Shown here in pieces: positions 39,010 through 47,950 of a stretch of 64,000 bases of DNA. This stretch comes from Myxococcota bacterium. GTDB taxonomy: Bacteria; Myxococcota_A; SURF-8. Position numbers and translations under genes: made by a program. Each line of letters opens with the position of its first letter. The stretch's first letter is position 1. The DNA is taken from assembly GCA_963674735.2 (NCBI GenBank), contig CAXXQS010000001.1, positions 1,952,001-2,016,000 of the forward strand. The letters run 5' to 3'. The notes beneath the pieces were generated by a model. The model did no database searches, was not told the DNA's origin, and worked only from the letters and a program-made list of their open reading frames with translations.

Positions 39010-39777
39010 CTGTAAAGAGGAATTGACGGGGGTTAAAATCTCCAAGACCAAAGAACTTGGGAGAACTGTTGTTGTATGTTAGGTTTGTATCCCAATGCGA
39101 CGTAATATGTCCTATCTGCTTGATATGATTTCATATTGCCTTTTTTATTGTATAAAAAGCTTGGAGTAATGATTATGCTCGTGGTAGTTTTCATGCATAC
39201 TATCATCTTTGGGTTTATAATCAATTGGAGACTGATGGGTTGCTAAGCAGCCCTGGGTTGCAAAAACCTTGCTGTGGAGCAAGCTATACTCTGACAGCAA
39301 TACAAGAACTTTAGAAAATTGTATGACATCTCTGATAATAGCCGACAACTATAGAGAATGAGGGTTCTAAAATTAGCAGGGGTGGTCTTTCTTATTTCCT
39401 CCTTTCTCCCATCCGGGTGTTCTTACATGAAATGTGCTGCATACTTTCCAGAGTCGCCTCTCTTGTAGACCTGCATTGTCGGCCTCCAATCGCTTAGAGA
39501 CACGACTCTGGCCGCCACGCAGCCAGTCTGACGCTGAGCTTTTTCATTGTATCGTTTTGGTTGCCGTGGTACATTTCCCATATGAATGCTAGGTTGTTGC
39601 TTTGGCCGACAATCCGTGGTCGTTGCAACTATCGATGATGGCAAGTGAGACACGACAGGATTTTAAGAGACAGAACCGTGTCAAGGCTGAACGGGTATTC
39701 GTTACGGAACCAGACCGCGAAGTGAAATAAGTGCCCGGAACGTTTGGCGTTGACAGACAACTAGGTGATAACACGCC

Positions 39778-41256
39778 ATGAACCTTGGATCACCCGATTT
39801 AACCCTATGGATCAAGGACCAACTTTTCGATACGGTGCCGATGAGCATCGCCGTGATCGATCGCAATTTCAACCTGGTTGCCGCAAACCACGCCTTTAAA
39901 GAATTCTTTGGTGATTGGGAAGGCCGCAAATGTCACGCGGTATATAAAAGTCGCGACAGCATCTGTCCGCACTGCAACGCCTCCGAAGCTTTTCTCGATG
40001 GGAAGTCACGCGTGGGTGAAGAAATCGGATTTGCCCGCGATGGCCAACCGACCTACTATGTCAAACATACGATTCCGATCAAAGACCCGCAGGGTAATGT
40101 CAGTTTCCTGATCGAAATGTCCATTGATGTAACTGAAAACCGACATCTTCAGAACGAATTATCCATCGCTCACACCTTTCTCGATACCTTGATTGCCACC
40201 TCACATGACGGGATCGTTGGTCTCGATGAAAAGGGACAGGTCACCGTGTTCAACCAGGCTGCTCGTCGTGTCTTTGGTGTGGCGGAGGGTCGGAAAGTGT
40301 CGGACTCCGAACTGTTCGACATGTTGCCGGAAGGGTTCATCGATCAGGTCAAAGCGGGAGATGGCACAGTGGTGCTACCAGAATCGGTTATTCATCCTGT
40401 CAAGGGGGAGGATGTCCCCGTACGCCTAATTGGTATGCGTCTCAAGTTCCGCGACCAGGTACTCGGTATGGCTTTTACCATCCAGAACCTGACCCGTATC
40501 AAGCAGTTGGAAGCCGCCAGCCTGGAATCCGAACGTCTTGCAGCCGTCGGACAAACGGTTGCCGGTTTGGCACACGGGATCAAAAATCTGGTGGCCGGGC
40601 TGGACGGGGGCATGTATATGCTCAATACTGGAATCGAATTCGGTGAATCCGACCGTATCGTTCAAGGCTGGGACATTCTCGATCGCAATATCAAGCGCAT
40701 CGGGATGTTTGTTAAAGCCTTTTTAAGCTTCAGTAAAGGGCGTGAGATTCAGGTACGGGAAGCAGACCCGGCTGAGGTTGCCGAGGAAGTTGTCGCCTTG
40801 TATTCCGTCAATGCCGAGCGATCAGGCATTGAATTGAAATATGAACCCATCGGTCGCATTCAACCGGCTCCACTTGACAGCGAAGGTCTGCACGAATGCT
40901 TGACCAACCTGGTCGGCAACGCCATCGATGCTTGTCAGATGAGCGAGCATGACAAGGTTTGCCGGGTGACCCTACGGGTCTTCGAAAAAGACGAAGCCGT
41001 CATCTATGAAGTGATCGATAACGGCTGCGGAATGGACTATGAAATCAAGCGTAAGGTATTCACAACCTTTTTTACTTCCAAGGGATTGGGTGGAACCGGC
41101 TTGGGGTTGTTGACGACCCGCAAAATTGTTCAGGAGCATGGAGGCCGCATCGAAGTGGAATCCGAACCGGGGTTGGGTTCGACCTTTCGGGTTATTTTGC
41201 CTCGTGACCGTCTGTCGAAATTGAGCAAAGACTTGCAGCCGGAGCCTTCGACCTGA
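39778..41256 (+). CDS. Cytoplasmic PAS-PAS histidine kinase (NtrB type)
   Basis: Two PAS domains (first with C-x9-CPHC), AGLAHGIKN, NLVGNAIDA, DNGCGM, FFTSKG.GGTGLGL. Confidence 0.92.
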   Translation: MNLGSPDLTLWIKDQLFDTVPMSIAVIDRNFNLVAANHAFKEFFGDWEGRKCHAVYKSRDSICPHCNASEAFLDGKSRVGEEIGFARDGQPTYYVKHTIPIKDPQGNVSFLIEMSIDVTENRHLQNELSIAHTFLDTLIATSHDGIVGLDEKGQVTVFNQAARRVFGVAEGRKVSDSELFDMLPEGFIDQVKAGDGTVVLPESVIHPVKGEDVPVRLIGMRLKFRDQVLGMAFTIQNLTRIKQLEAASLESERLAAVGQTVAGLAHGIKNLVAGLDGGMYMLNTGIEFGESDRIVQGWDILDRNIKRIGMFVKAFLSFSKGREIQVREADPAEVAEEVVALYSVNAERSGIELKYEPIGRIQPAPLDSEGLHECLTNLVGNAIDACQMSEHDKVCRVTLRVFEKDEAVIYEVIDNGCGMDYEIKRKVFTTFFTSKGLGGTGLGLLTTRKIVQEHGGRIEVESEPGLGSTFRVILPRDRLSKLSKDLQPEPST

Positions 41257-41266
41257 TGGGGATTTG

Positions 41267-43015
41267 ATGGTTGAAACGACGCGTAATATTTTGTTTCTGG
41301 GGAATGGGAAATTCAGTTTTCATCTGATGGCGAAAGCCTTGGCGGATCGATCCAAACCGCAGCCTCTGAATGTAATCAGCGCCAGCCTGACCCCTGCATC
41401 TGCTCATCCCCTTGCGGTGGATGTGATGGAGGAAATCGGAATCAATATTCGAAGTTTGCCTCTCCTGACTCCGTTGGACATCGAGCTGTTCAACTTCGAC
41501 CTAGTTATTACCATTGGAGATTTCGACCCCTCGTGTCGTCCCAATTTGCCCGGCATGCCGCCGCATCATCATTGGGATTGCCCGGAATTCGAACAGCCCG
41601 GTTCCAGCATCATAGTCGTTTCGATGTTTCGGCGTCTCCGAGATCGTCTCGACCGGTTAGTGAAGGCTTTGTTTGAATCGGGGACTTTGCAGGCGCTGGT
41701 CACCGTGCGCCGCAATCTGGAATTGGTATTGGACAACCTGATGGACGGCGTGATGGCGCACACCATGAATCGCCGTATTTTCTACTTCAATAAAGCCGCT
41801 GAGACCATAACGGGCTATCGACGACGCGATATTTTGGGCCGCGACTGCCATGAAGTCTTTCCAGGGCGTTTTTGCGGCGGCAAGTGCTCGTTTTGTGAAT
41901 TGCCGACCCACAACCATGCACACGCCGGAGAAAACGATGTTGTCTTCCAGCGTCCCGACGGCGAAAACCGCTTGCTGAAAATGGCAACGCTCCCGCTGAC
42001 CAACATCGAAGGGAGCAACGTGGGGGCCTTGATTTCTTTCAAGGACATGACCGAACTGCATGATTTGAAGCGGCGGCTCAAGCACCACCATTCATTGTGC
42101 GGTATGATCGGTAAAGATCCCAAGATGCGGGATTTATTCGATCTGATTCGCGAAGTCAGTCCGTCGGATGCCCCTGTTCTCATCGATGGAGAAAGCGGTA
42201 CCGGCAAGGAATTGGTGGCAAACGCTATCCATGAGTTCAGCCGCCGCTCGGACAGTCCCTTCATTGCCGTTAATTGTGGTGCGTTGCCGGAAGGTGTGCT
42301 TGAAAGCGAAATGTTCGGGCACGTGCGCGGTGCCTTCACCGGAGCTTATCAAAATAAAAAAGGTCGTTTCGAATTGGCCGATGGTGGAACCCTATTCCTC
42401 GACGAAATTGGAGAACTTTCTCCGACTATGCAGGTGAAGCTCTTGCGCGTTCTCCAGGAAAAGACCATCGACCGAGTTGGCGACGATCATCCCATTCTAG
42501 TGAACGTCCGTATCATCAGCGCCACCAACCAGAACTTGCACGAGTTGATGGAGAGAAAGAAGTTCCGCCGCGATCTTTTTTATCGACTATGCGTGGTTCC
42601 CATTACTCTGCCCCCCCTGCGCGCCAAGCGGCTTGATATTCCTATGCTGGTCGAACACTTTCTGGAAATCATTGCAAAAGAAACTGGAAAACGGCTCCTG
42701 GTTCCATCGGATGAGATGTTGGATGTCTTCATGACCTACGATTGGCCGGGAAATGTAAGAGAATTACGAAACGCAATCGAATATGCTTATGTGAAATGCC
42801 ACGGTGGCTTTCTACAACTCGAACACCTCCCACCCGAGTTGCTGACTCGCCCCGCCAGCCAGACGATCAAACCGGGACCTGCGCCCAAACTCCAAAAAGA
42901 CTCCGTCATGGAGGCCTTGGCGGAAACCGGCGGTAATCGGAAAGCCGCCGCCATTAAACTCGGAATTGGCCGGGCCACCTTATATCGCTACCTAAAAAGC
43001 TATAACCTTAATTAG
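41267..43015 (+). CDS. Sigma-54-dependent activator: degenerate LMW-phosphatase/ArsC-like domain, PAS, AAA+, Fis HTH
   Basis: HPLAVDVMEEIGINI, FDLVITI, HWD (LMWP fold); GESGTGKE, GAFTGA, LFLDEIGE, WPGNVRELRN, AAIKLGIGRATLYRYL. Confidence 0.9.
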   Translation: MVETTRNILFLGNGKFSFHLMAKALADRSKPQPLNVISASLTPASAHPLAVDVMEEIGINIRSLPLLTPLDIELFNFDLVITIGDFDPSCRPNLPGMPPHHHWDCPEFEQPGSSIIVVSMFRRLRDRLDRLVKALFESGTLQALVTVRRNLELVLDNLMDGVMAHTMNRRIFYFNKAAETITGYRRRDILGRDCHEVFPGRFCGGKCSFCELPTHNHAHAGENDVVFQRPDGENRLLKMATLPLTNIEGSNVGALISFKDMTELHDLKRRLKHHHSLCGMIGKDPKMRDLFDLIREVSPSDAPVLIDGESGTGKELVANAIHEFSRRSDSPFIAVNCGALPEGVLESEMFGHVRGAFTGAYQNKKGRFELADGGTLFLDEIGELSPTMQVKLLRVLQEKTIDRVGDDHPILVNVRIISATNQNLHELMERKKFRRDLFYRLCVVPITLPPLRAKRLDIPMLVEHFLEIIAKETGKRLLVPSDEMLDVFMTYDWPGNVRELRNAIEYAYVKCHGGFLQLEHLPPELLTRPASQTIKPGPAPKLQKDSVMEALAETGGNRKAAAIKLGIGRATLYRYLKSYNLN

Positions 43016-43059
43016 TTTACCAGCCGCCCAAACCTGCGCGTGTCCGCTTTTTTGTATTG

Positions 43060-43225
43060 GTGTGTCTCACATTACTATCGAGATGTGATCTCGAGACATG
43101 AAAAGTCTGGAGATTAGCTGAATAATTAAGTCATATCAGATAGATCGTACTGTCCTGTCTTTTCTTGGCTTACCAAATCTCTTCTCAAACCTGAGACATA
43201 TTCCGGATTCAAGAAATGAGACTCA
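43060..43225. promoter_or_regulatory. Putative enhancer sites (TGTCTCA / GAGACA repeats)
   Basis: GTGTCTCA (~43062), CGAGACAT (~43092), TGAGACAT (~43192), TGAGACTC (~43217), 50-210 bp upstream of the sigma-54 promoter. Confidence 0.5.
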
Positions 43226-43271
43226 CTGTAATAAGCGTCGAAATATCAAGCCGTTACGCGGTAGGCAGCAC

Positions 43272-43289
43272 TTGGCACGCATTCTGCGT
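43272..43289 (+). promoter_or_regulatory. Sigma-54 (-24/-12) promoter
   Basis: TTGGCACGCATTCTGCGT matches TGGCACG-N4-TTGC with correct GG/GC spacing, directly downstream of a sigma-54 activator gene. Confidence 0.8.
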
Positions 43290-43324
43290 AGATAATAGCC
43301 AGTCTCACAACACAGGTGACGATC

Positions 43325-43558
43325 ATGGCAACCATCGTTAATGACAATTTACGCAAGGTGCTCAAACTCTGCGGCTACATGCTGGAGCTTTCCGACCTCG
43401 GCGATAAGTACCGCGAGGACGCGGGTTGTGGTGCAGTCTACGGAGCCTTACGCGATCAAGCTTACAAATTACGGCAGTTGGCCGAAAGCGAACTGGATTT
43501 ACACAATCGACGTTCCACCCAATCTTTAGCAGGAAAGAGAAAGCAAGATGACCGATAG
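43325..43558 (+). CDS. Small hypothetical helical protein
   Basis: GDKYREDAGCGAVYGALRDQAYKLRQLAESE; first gene after the sigma-54 promoter, overlapping the next gene. Confidence 0.75.
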   Translation: MATIVNDNLRKVLKLCGYMLELSDLGDKYREDAGCGAVYGALRDQAYKLRQLAESELDLHNRRSTQSLAGKRKQDDR

Positions 43559-43964
43559 GAAAAAAATCCTGATTGTCGATGATGAAAAAGATTTGCTGAC
43601 CTTTATGACGACGCTGTTCAACGACTGGGGATATGAGCCGCTTACCGCCCTGGATGGTCTGGAATGCATGGAGAAGGCGCGCAGCGAAAAGCCGGACCTT
43701 ATCACGCTCGATATGACCATGCCGCGCCAGTCCGGGGTCAAGACTTTCCGAGAATTGAAAGACAGCCCTGATCTAGCTGTCATTCCGGTCATCATTATTA
43801 CGGCGATAGGGGACAACATGGAGGAGTTTCTCAGTAAGCGACGCCAAGTACCTGCTCCTGAGGGGTTTATGACCAAACCCATCGATCAGAAAGCGCTAAT
43901 TGAAATGGTGCGCGGCTTGATCGGAGAAGGCGGCGGTCCTATCCGGACGTCGGAGAAGAACTAA
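43548..43964 (+). CDS. Single-domain response regulator
   Basis: ILIVDDE, PDLITLDMTMP, IPVIIITA, FMTKPID. Confidence 0.9.
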   Translation: MTDRKKILIVDDEKDLLTFMTTLFNDWGYEPLTALDGLECMEKARSEKPDLITLDMTMPRQSGVKTFRELKDSPDLAVIPVIIITAIGDNMEEFLSKRRQVPAPEGFMTKPIDQKALIEMVRGLIGEGGGPIRTSEKN

Positions 43965-43997
43965 CCTTCCATGCTTTTCATGTTGAGGAGAATCGAT

Positions 43998-44948
43998 ATG
44001 TCGACACTTGTTTATTTGTTTGCGTATACCACGATCGCCATTTTCGTTTTGGCGGTGGTGATTCGCTTCGTTCGATACCTGCGCAATCCCATTCATGTTC
44101 GCTGGGAATTATACCCGGTGGCGCATGAGGGAGAAAAGGCGGTTTACGGCGGCGGCTACCTGGAAGAAACCGACTGGTGGACCAAACCACGTAACAAAAG
44201 CATGATCGGTGAACTCAAAGTCATGGTTCCCGAAATTCTGTTGCTGAAAGCGGTTTTCGAGCATAACCGGGCGCTGTGGTTAGCCTCTTTTCCCTTTCAC
44301 GCCGGGCTCTATCTGGTGATCGGAGTCATTGGACTGTGTGGGCTAAGCGCTATTGCGGCTATTCTAAGTCTGTCATCGATGGTGGTTCAAAACCTGAACA
44401 GCCTGGCAGATATCTTGGCCCTGGTCGGATTTGTCGGGGTCTTGCTCGGTGCAAACGGGTTACTGCTCAAACGCTTGTTCGATGAAAACATGCGCAACTA
44501 TTCGGCTCTTTCACACTACTTCAATCTGCTGCTGTTTATTGTCGCGGCGATCTTGGGACTCATGGCTTGGAGCCAGGCTCCCAGCTATGCCGCGTCTCTC
44601 CAAGGTTTCATTGCCGGACTGCTTAGCTTCGGTACCGCTTCTACAACGCTGTCGACCTCTGAGCCGGTTTTTGTTGGCCATCTCGTTTTATCACTTGTTC
44701 TGGTCGCCTATATCCCGCTAACGCACATGGCGCACTTCTTCATGAAATACTTCCTTTACCACGACATACGTTGGGGCGATGAAGCCAACGTCGATACGCC
44801 TCAAACCGACGCCAAAATCGCAACCGTCTTGAATTACCCGATCACTTGGGCTGCACCCCACATCCGGGGCGACGGCAGCCGTAAAACCTGGGCGGAAGTG
44901 GCAACATTCAATCCAGCGCGTGCCGACGAAGCGGGAAAGGACAACTGA
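43998..44948 (+). CDS. dsrM: DsrM-like NarI-family b-type cytochrome membrane subunit
   Basis: RWELYPVAHE, SFPFHAGLYL, HLVLSLVLVAYIPLTHMAHFFMKY with heme-ligand His residues; several TM helices; precedes a DsrK-like gene. Confidence 0.72.
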   Translation: MSTLVYLFAYTTIAIFVLAVVIRFVRYLRNPIHVRWELYPVAHEGEKAVYGGGYLEETDWWTKPRNKSMIGELKVMVPEILLLKAVFEHNRALWLASFPFHAGLYLVIGVIGLCGLSAIAAILSLSSMVVQNLNSLADILALVGFVGVLLGANGLLLKRLFDENMRNYSALSHYFNLLLFIVAAILGLMAWSQAPSYAASLQGFIAGLLSFGTASTTLSTSEPVFVGHLVLSLVLVAYIPLTHMAHFFMKYFLYHDIRWGDEANVDTPQTDAKIATVLNYPITWAAPHIRGDGSRKTWAEVATFNPARADEAGKDN

Positions 44949-44949
44949 C

Positions 44950-46563
44950 ATGGCAAACCGAAAAAAGATTCGTATCTCGGATGTTGGCAAAGGAACCGAT
45001 ACGCTCTCCCGTGTCGAGATCGAGGATCTCATGCCGCTGCCCGACATGCCGGAGGAATCCGCCTGGGAGGAATTGAAGGATTCAACCAAAGAGCAATTCT
45101 CTTGTGTACTTGATAACACCTCGATTTTGCCGATCCCCAAGCCGCAAACGAAAGAAGAGGAAGACGAACTGGTTCTCAAATTTTTGAGTGGTCTTGAAAA
45201 GCTGTTCATCAAGGAGAACAACTGGACTTTCTACTCCCAGCTTGTAACGACTATGGAGCATTGTGCCAAATGCAACACCTGTTCCAAGGCCTGTCACATT
45301 TACGAGGCCAGCGGCGAAAACGAAATGTACCGGCCGACGTTCCGTACCGAAATATTCCGGCGGCTGTACAAAAAGTACGTCAAAAAAGAAAGCATGGCTG
45401 ACTGGCGCAACGGCCCAATCGACCTGACCTGGCAGACTGTTGCGCGCTTGGGAGAACTGGCCTATCGCTGTAATCTGTGCCGTCGCTGTGCCCAAACCTG
45501 TCCTATCGGTGCCGATAATGGGTTGGTGGCACGTGAGATACGTAAAATCTTCAGCATGGAAATGGGCATCACCACTCCTGAACTGCACGAAAAAGGCTCC
45601 ATGTTACAACTCAAAACCGGTTCTTCCACCAGCATGAACTCACTGGTGGTCAAGGACAACATGGAATTCATCGATGAGGACATCAACGAGATTTCCGGCT
45701 TCGAATACGAAACGCCGTGGGACGTGGAGGGAGCGGACATTCTGCTCATTCACAATGCCGGTGAAATACTCAGCTGGCCTGAAAACGTGGGTGCCTTCGG
45801 CATCATTTTCAAGGCGGCTGGTCTTTCGTGGACTTTGTCGTCCGATCTAGCGGCCTACGACTCGATCAATTACGGTGTGTTCTACGACGACGTTCAGTTT
45901 GCCCGTACGGCTATTTTGCAGGCCCAGGCGGCGAAAAAGCTCGGTGTCAAGAAGATCGTTCTGGGTGAGTGTGGCCATGCGCACAAGGCACTCACCGTCA
46001 TCGCCGACCGTGTCTTGCCGGAAGGCCTGAAAACCCCACGCGAAAGCTGTTTTCCACTGTTACGCGACATCGTCTTAAACGAGGATGGCAAATACAACAA
46101 CATTCAGTTCGATCCCTCACGCAACAATTTCCCGGTAACGGTTCACGATCCCTGCAACCTGACACGCCTGATGGGAATCATCAAGCCCCAGCGGGATGTC
46201 CTGCACAAACTGTGTCCGCAGTTCCGTGAAATGCATCCCCATGGTCCGCATAACTATTGTTGCGGTGGCGGTAGCGGGTTCGCCATCATGAGCCGCCACA
46301 ACATCAAGGATTGGCGTTTCAAGGTAGCTGGCCGCAAAAAGCTCGAGCAGATTCTGAACGCCTTCGAGGATTGTCGTGGAGCCGAGACACAGAAATATGT
46401 CTGTGCGCCGTGTTCCAATTGCAAGGGACAGATTCGCGATATCTTCGAATACTACAATCTGTTTGAAACCGAAAGTATGGCCTATGGAGGACTGGTTGAA
46501 CTGATCGTGAATGCCATGGTTGATGTCAATCCCGGTTTCATAAATTGGGAAAGCGAGATGTAG
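44950..46563 (+). CDS. dsrK: DsrK-like (HdrD-type) Fe-S oxidoreductase
   Basis: CAKCNTCSKAC, CNLCRRCAQTCP, GECGH, HDPCN, NYCCGGGSG, APCSNCKGQ. Confidence 0.78.
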   Translation: MANRKKIRISDVGKGTDTLSRVEIEDLMPLPDMPEESAWEELKDSTKEQFSCVLDNTSILPIPKPQTKEEEDELVLKFLSGLEKLFIKENNWTFYSQLVTTMEHCAKCNTCSKACHIYEASGENEMYRPTFRTEIFRRLYKKYVKKESMADWRNGPIDLTWQTVARLGELAYRCNLCRRCAQTCPIGADNGLVAREIRKIFSMEMGITTPELHEKGSMLQLKTGSSTSMNSLVVKDNMEFIDEDINEISGFEYETPWDVEGADILLIHNAGEILSWPENVGAFGIIFKAAGLSWTLSSDLAAYDSINYGVFYDDVQFARTAILQAQAAKKLGVKKIVLGECGHAHKALTVIADRVLPEGLKTPRESCFPLLRDIVLNEDGKYNNIQFDPSRNNFPVTVHDPCNLTRLMGIIKPQRDVLHKLCPQFREMHPHGPHNYCCGGGSGFAIMSRHNIKDWRFKVAGRKKLEQILNAFEDCRGAETQKYVCAPCSNCKGQIRDIFEYYNLFETESMAYGGLVELIVNAMVDVNPGFINWESEM

Positions 46564-46635
46564 TCAGACACGCCGGTGAAAGGCGGTCTCCCAACGAGAC
46601 CGCTTTTCACCGGTATTGAACGCATGGAGGTCGAA

Positions 46636-47154
46636 ATGACCGATACCAAAGATGTGAAAGTGATGGTTGTGGAAGATGAGCCGGATGTTCGCATGGTGCT
46701 CACCACTGCTCTGCGCGACGCCGGGTTTCAGGTTGAATCGGCGTCCAATGGCCGGGAAGCCTACAACGCCATCAAGCTGAATGCGCCCGATTGCATCACC
46801 CTCGATCTCGTTATGCCAGGTATGTCGGGTGCGTTGCTTTACCATAAGCTGCGTCGCAACCCCAAATGGGATGGCATCCGGGTGTTGATCATCTCGGCCC
46901 ATACCCAGGACGAACTGGGGATGGAGGATTTCAAGCTGCTCATGGGCGGCAAGGAAATTCCTCCACCGGACGGATTTTTGGAAAAACCGGTGAACGTGAA
47001 CGAGTTGGTGCGTCGTGTTGCCGAACTCACCGGAGTTGAGGTGATGCCGTATCTCCGCCGCGAGGCTGACGAAATTCGCCGGGACATCGTCAACCGTCTG
47101 TCGAAGGTGGACCTAAACGATCTGAAACGGGTGAAATCCGTGCTTGACCGCTAA
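46636..47154 (+). CDS. Response regulator receiver with short C-terminal helical extension
   Basis: VMVVEDE, PDCITLDLVMP, IISAH, FLEKPV; GGAGG RBS. Confidence 0.88.
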   Translation: MTDTKDVKVMVVEDEPDVRMVLTTALRDAGFQVESASNGREAYNAIKLNAPDCITLDLVMPGMSGALLYHKLRRNPKWDGIRVLIISAHTQDELGMEDFKLLMGGKEIPPPDGFLEKPVNVNELVRRVAELTGVEVMPYLRREADEIRRDIVNRLSKVDLNDLKRVKSVLDR

Positions 47155-47634
47155 AACGTTTTACACTCTTCGCGCATTTGTGGTTCCCTAGATTCCAATC
47201 CGGACTGGAATCGAGCGAGATTGAGCATCGGGTGAATGGGCCAAGCGCGCCTTCTCGCCGGGATTTGAAAATTTGGGAAACGAATCGCTGGAGGGTCGCT
47301 GTACATCCCATTTAACACACTGATATTGCTATGAAATTATCGCCATCAAGGGTAGGCCAGACAGCTTATGCGCTTCTGAGCATGAATATCCTGCATGTTC
47401 TTAGAATGATTGGAGATTTAAAGTATATTTTCTTGAGGTGCTGGCAGGTTGATAGACGACAGGGGTAGGCAACGAACGGACTTAAATTATCTGATAACTC
47501 AGAGATAATCGATTCTACAGGGTCCAGGTGTTTTCTATGTGAACGACACCTCTCAGAAGAAAAAGCAATCAGAGAAAACATGATAACATACTGATTATAT
47601 AGTCTTATTTCACTTTCTATGCATGAACGACACC

Positions 47635-47656
47635 CGGATTCGTTTCGGATTCGTTT
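47635..47656. repeat. Tandem 11-bp direct repeat CGGATTCGTTT x2
   Basis: Directly visible; preceded by an AT-rich tract. Confidence 0.7.
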
Positions 47657-47836
47657 TCACGAGATTATCACCTGCGGTTTCTTTTCGATGGAGGCCCAAT
47701 AGTAGCCGATTACGGTCGGAGTAGCCCAATCCAATTTCATGCCAGCGTACCTCGGATATGAAAGGCGATGTCGAAAGTAAAGGATGCTTTCCTACGAGGC
47801 CAGACTGGTAAACGAACCTTTATTTTCGCCCACCCG

Positions 47837-47950
47837 TCACGTCGGTGAATTTTTCCCATCCACCCGTTCCCGCAAGTCCTTGCCGACCTTAAAAAACGGA
47901 AGATGCTTCTCGTCCACCTGGATCACTTCACCCGTGCGCGGGTTGCGCCC
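47837..47950 (-). pseudogene. C-terminal half of an IHF-beta/HU protein, truncated by IS
   Basis: Hand translation [37 protein letters not shown]. Confidence 0.85.

Noticed and set aside
39010-39640. Short ORFs in the AT-rich gap
   Set aside because: No recognisable motifs or RBS; probably decayed sequence.
43998-44948. Respiratory nitrate reductase
   Set aside because: NarI-like fold only; no narGHJ, and the partner gene is DsrK-like.
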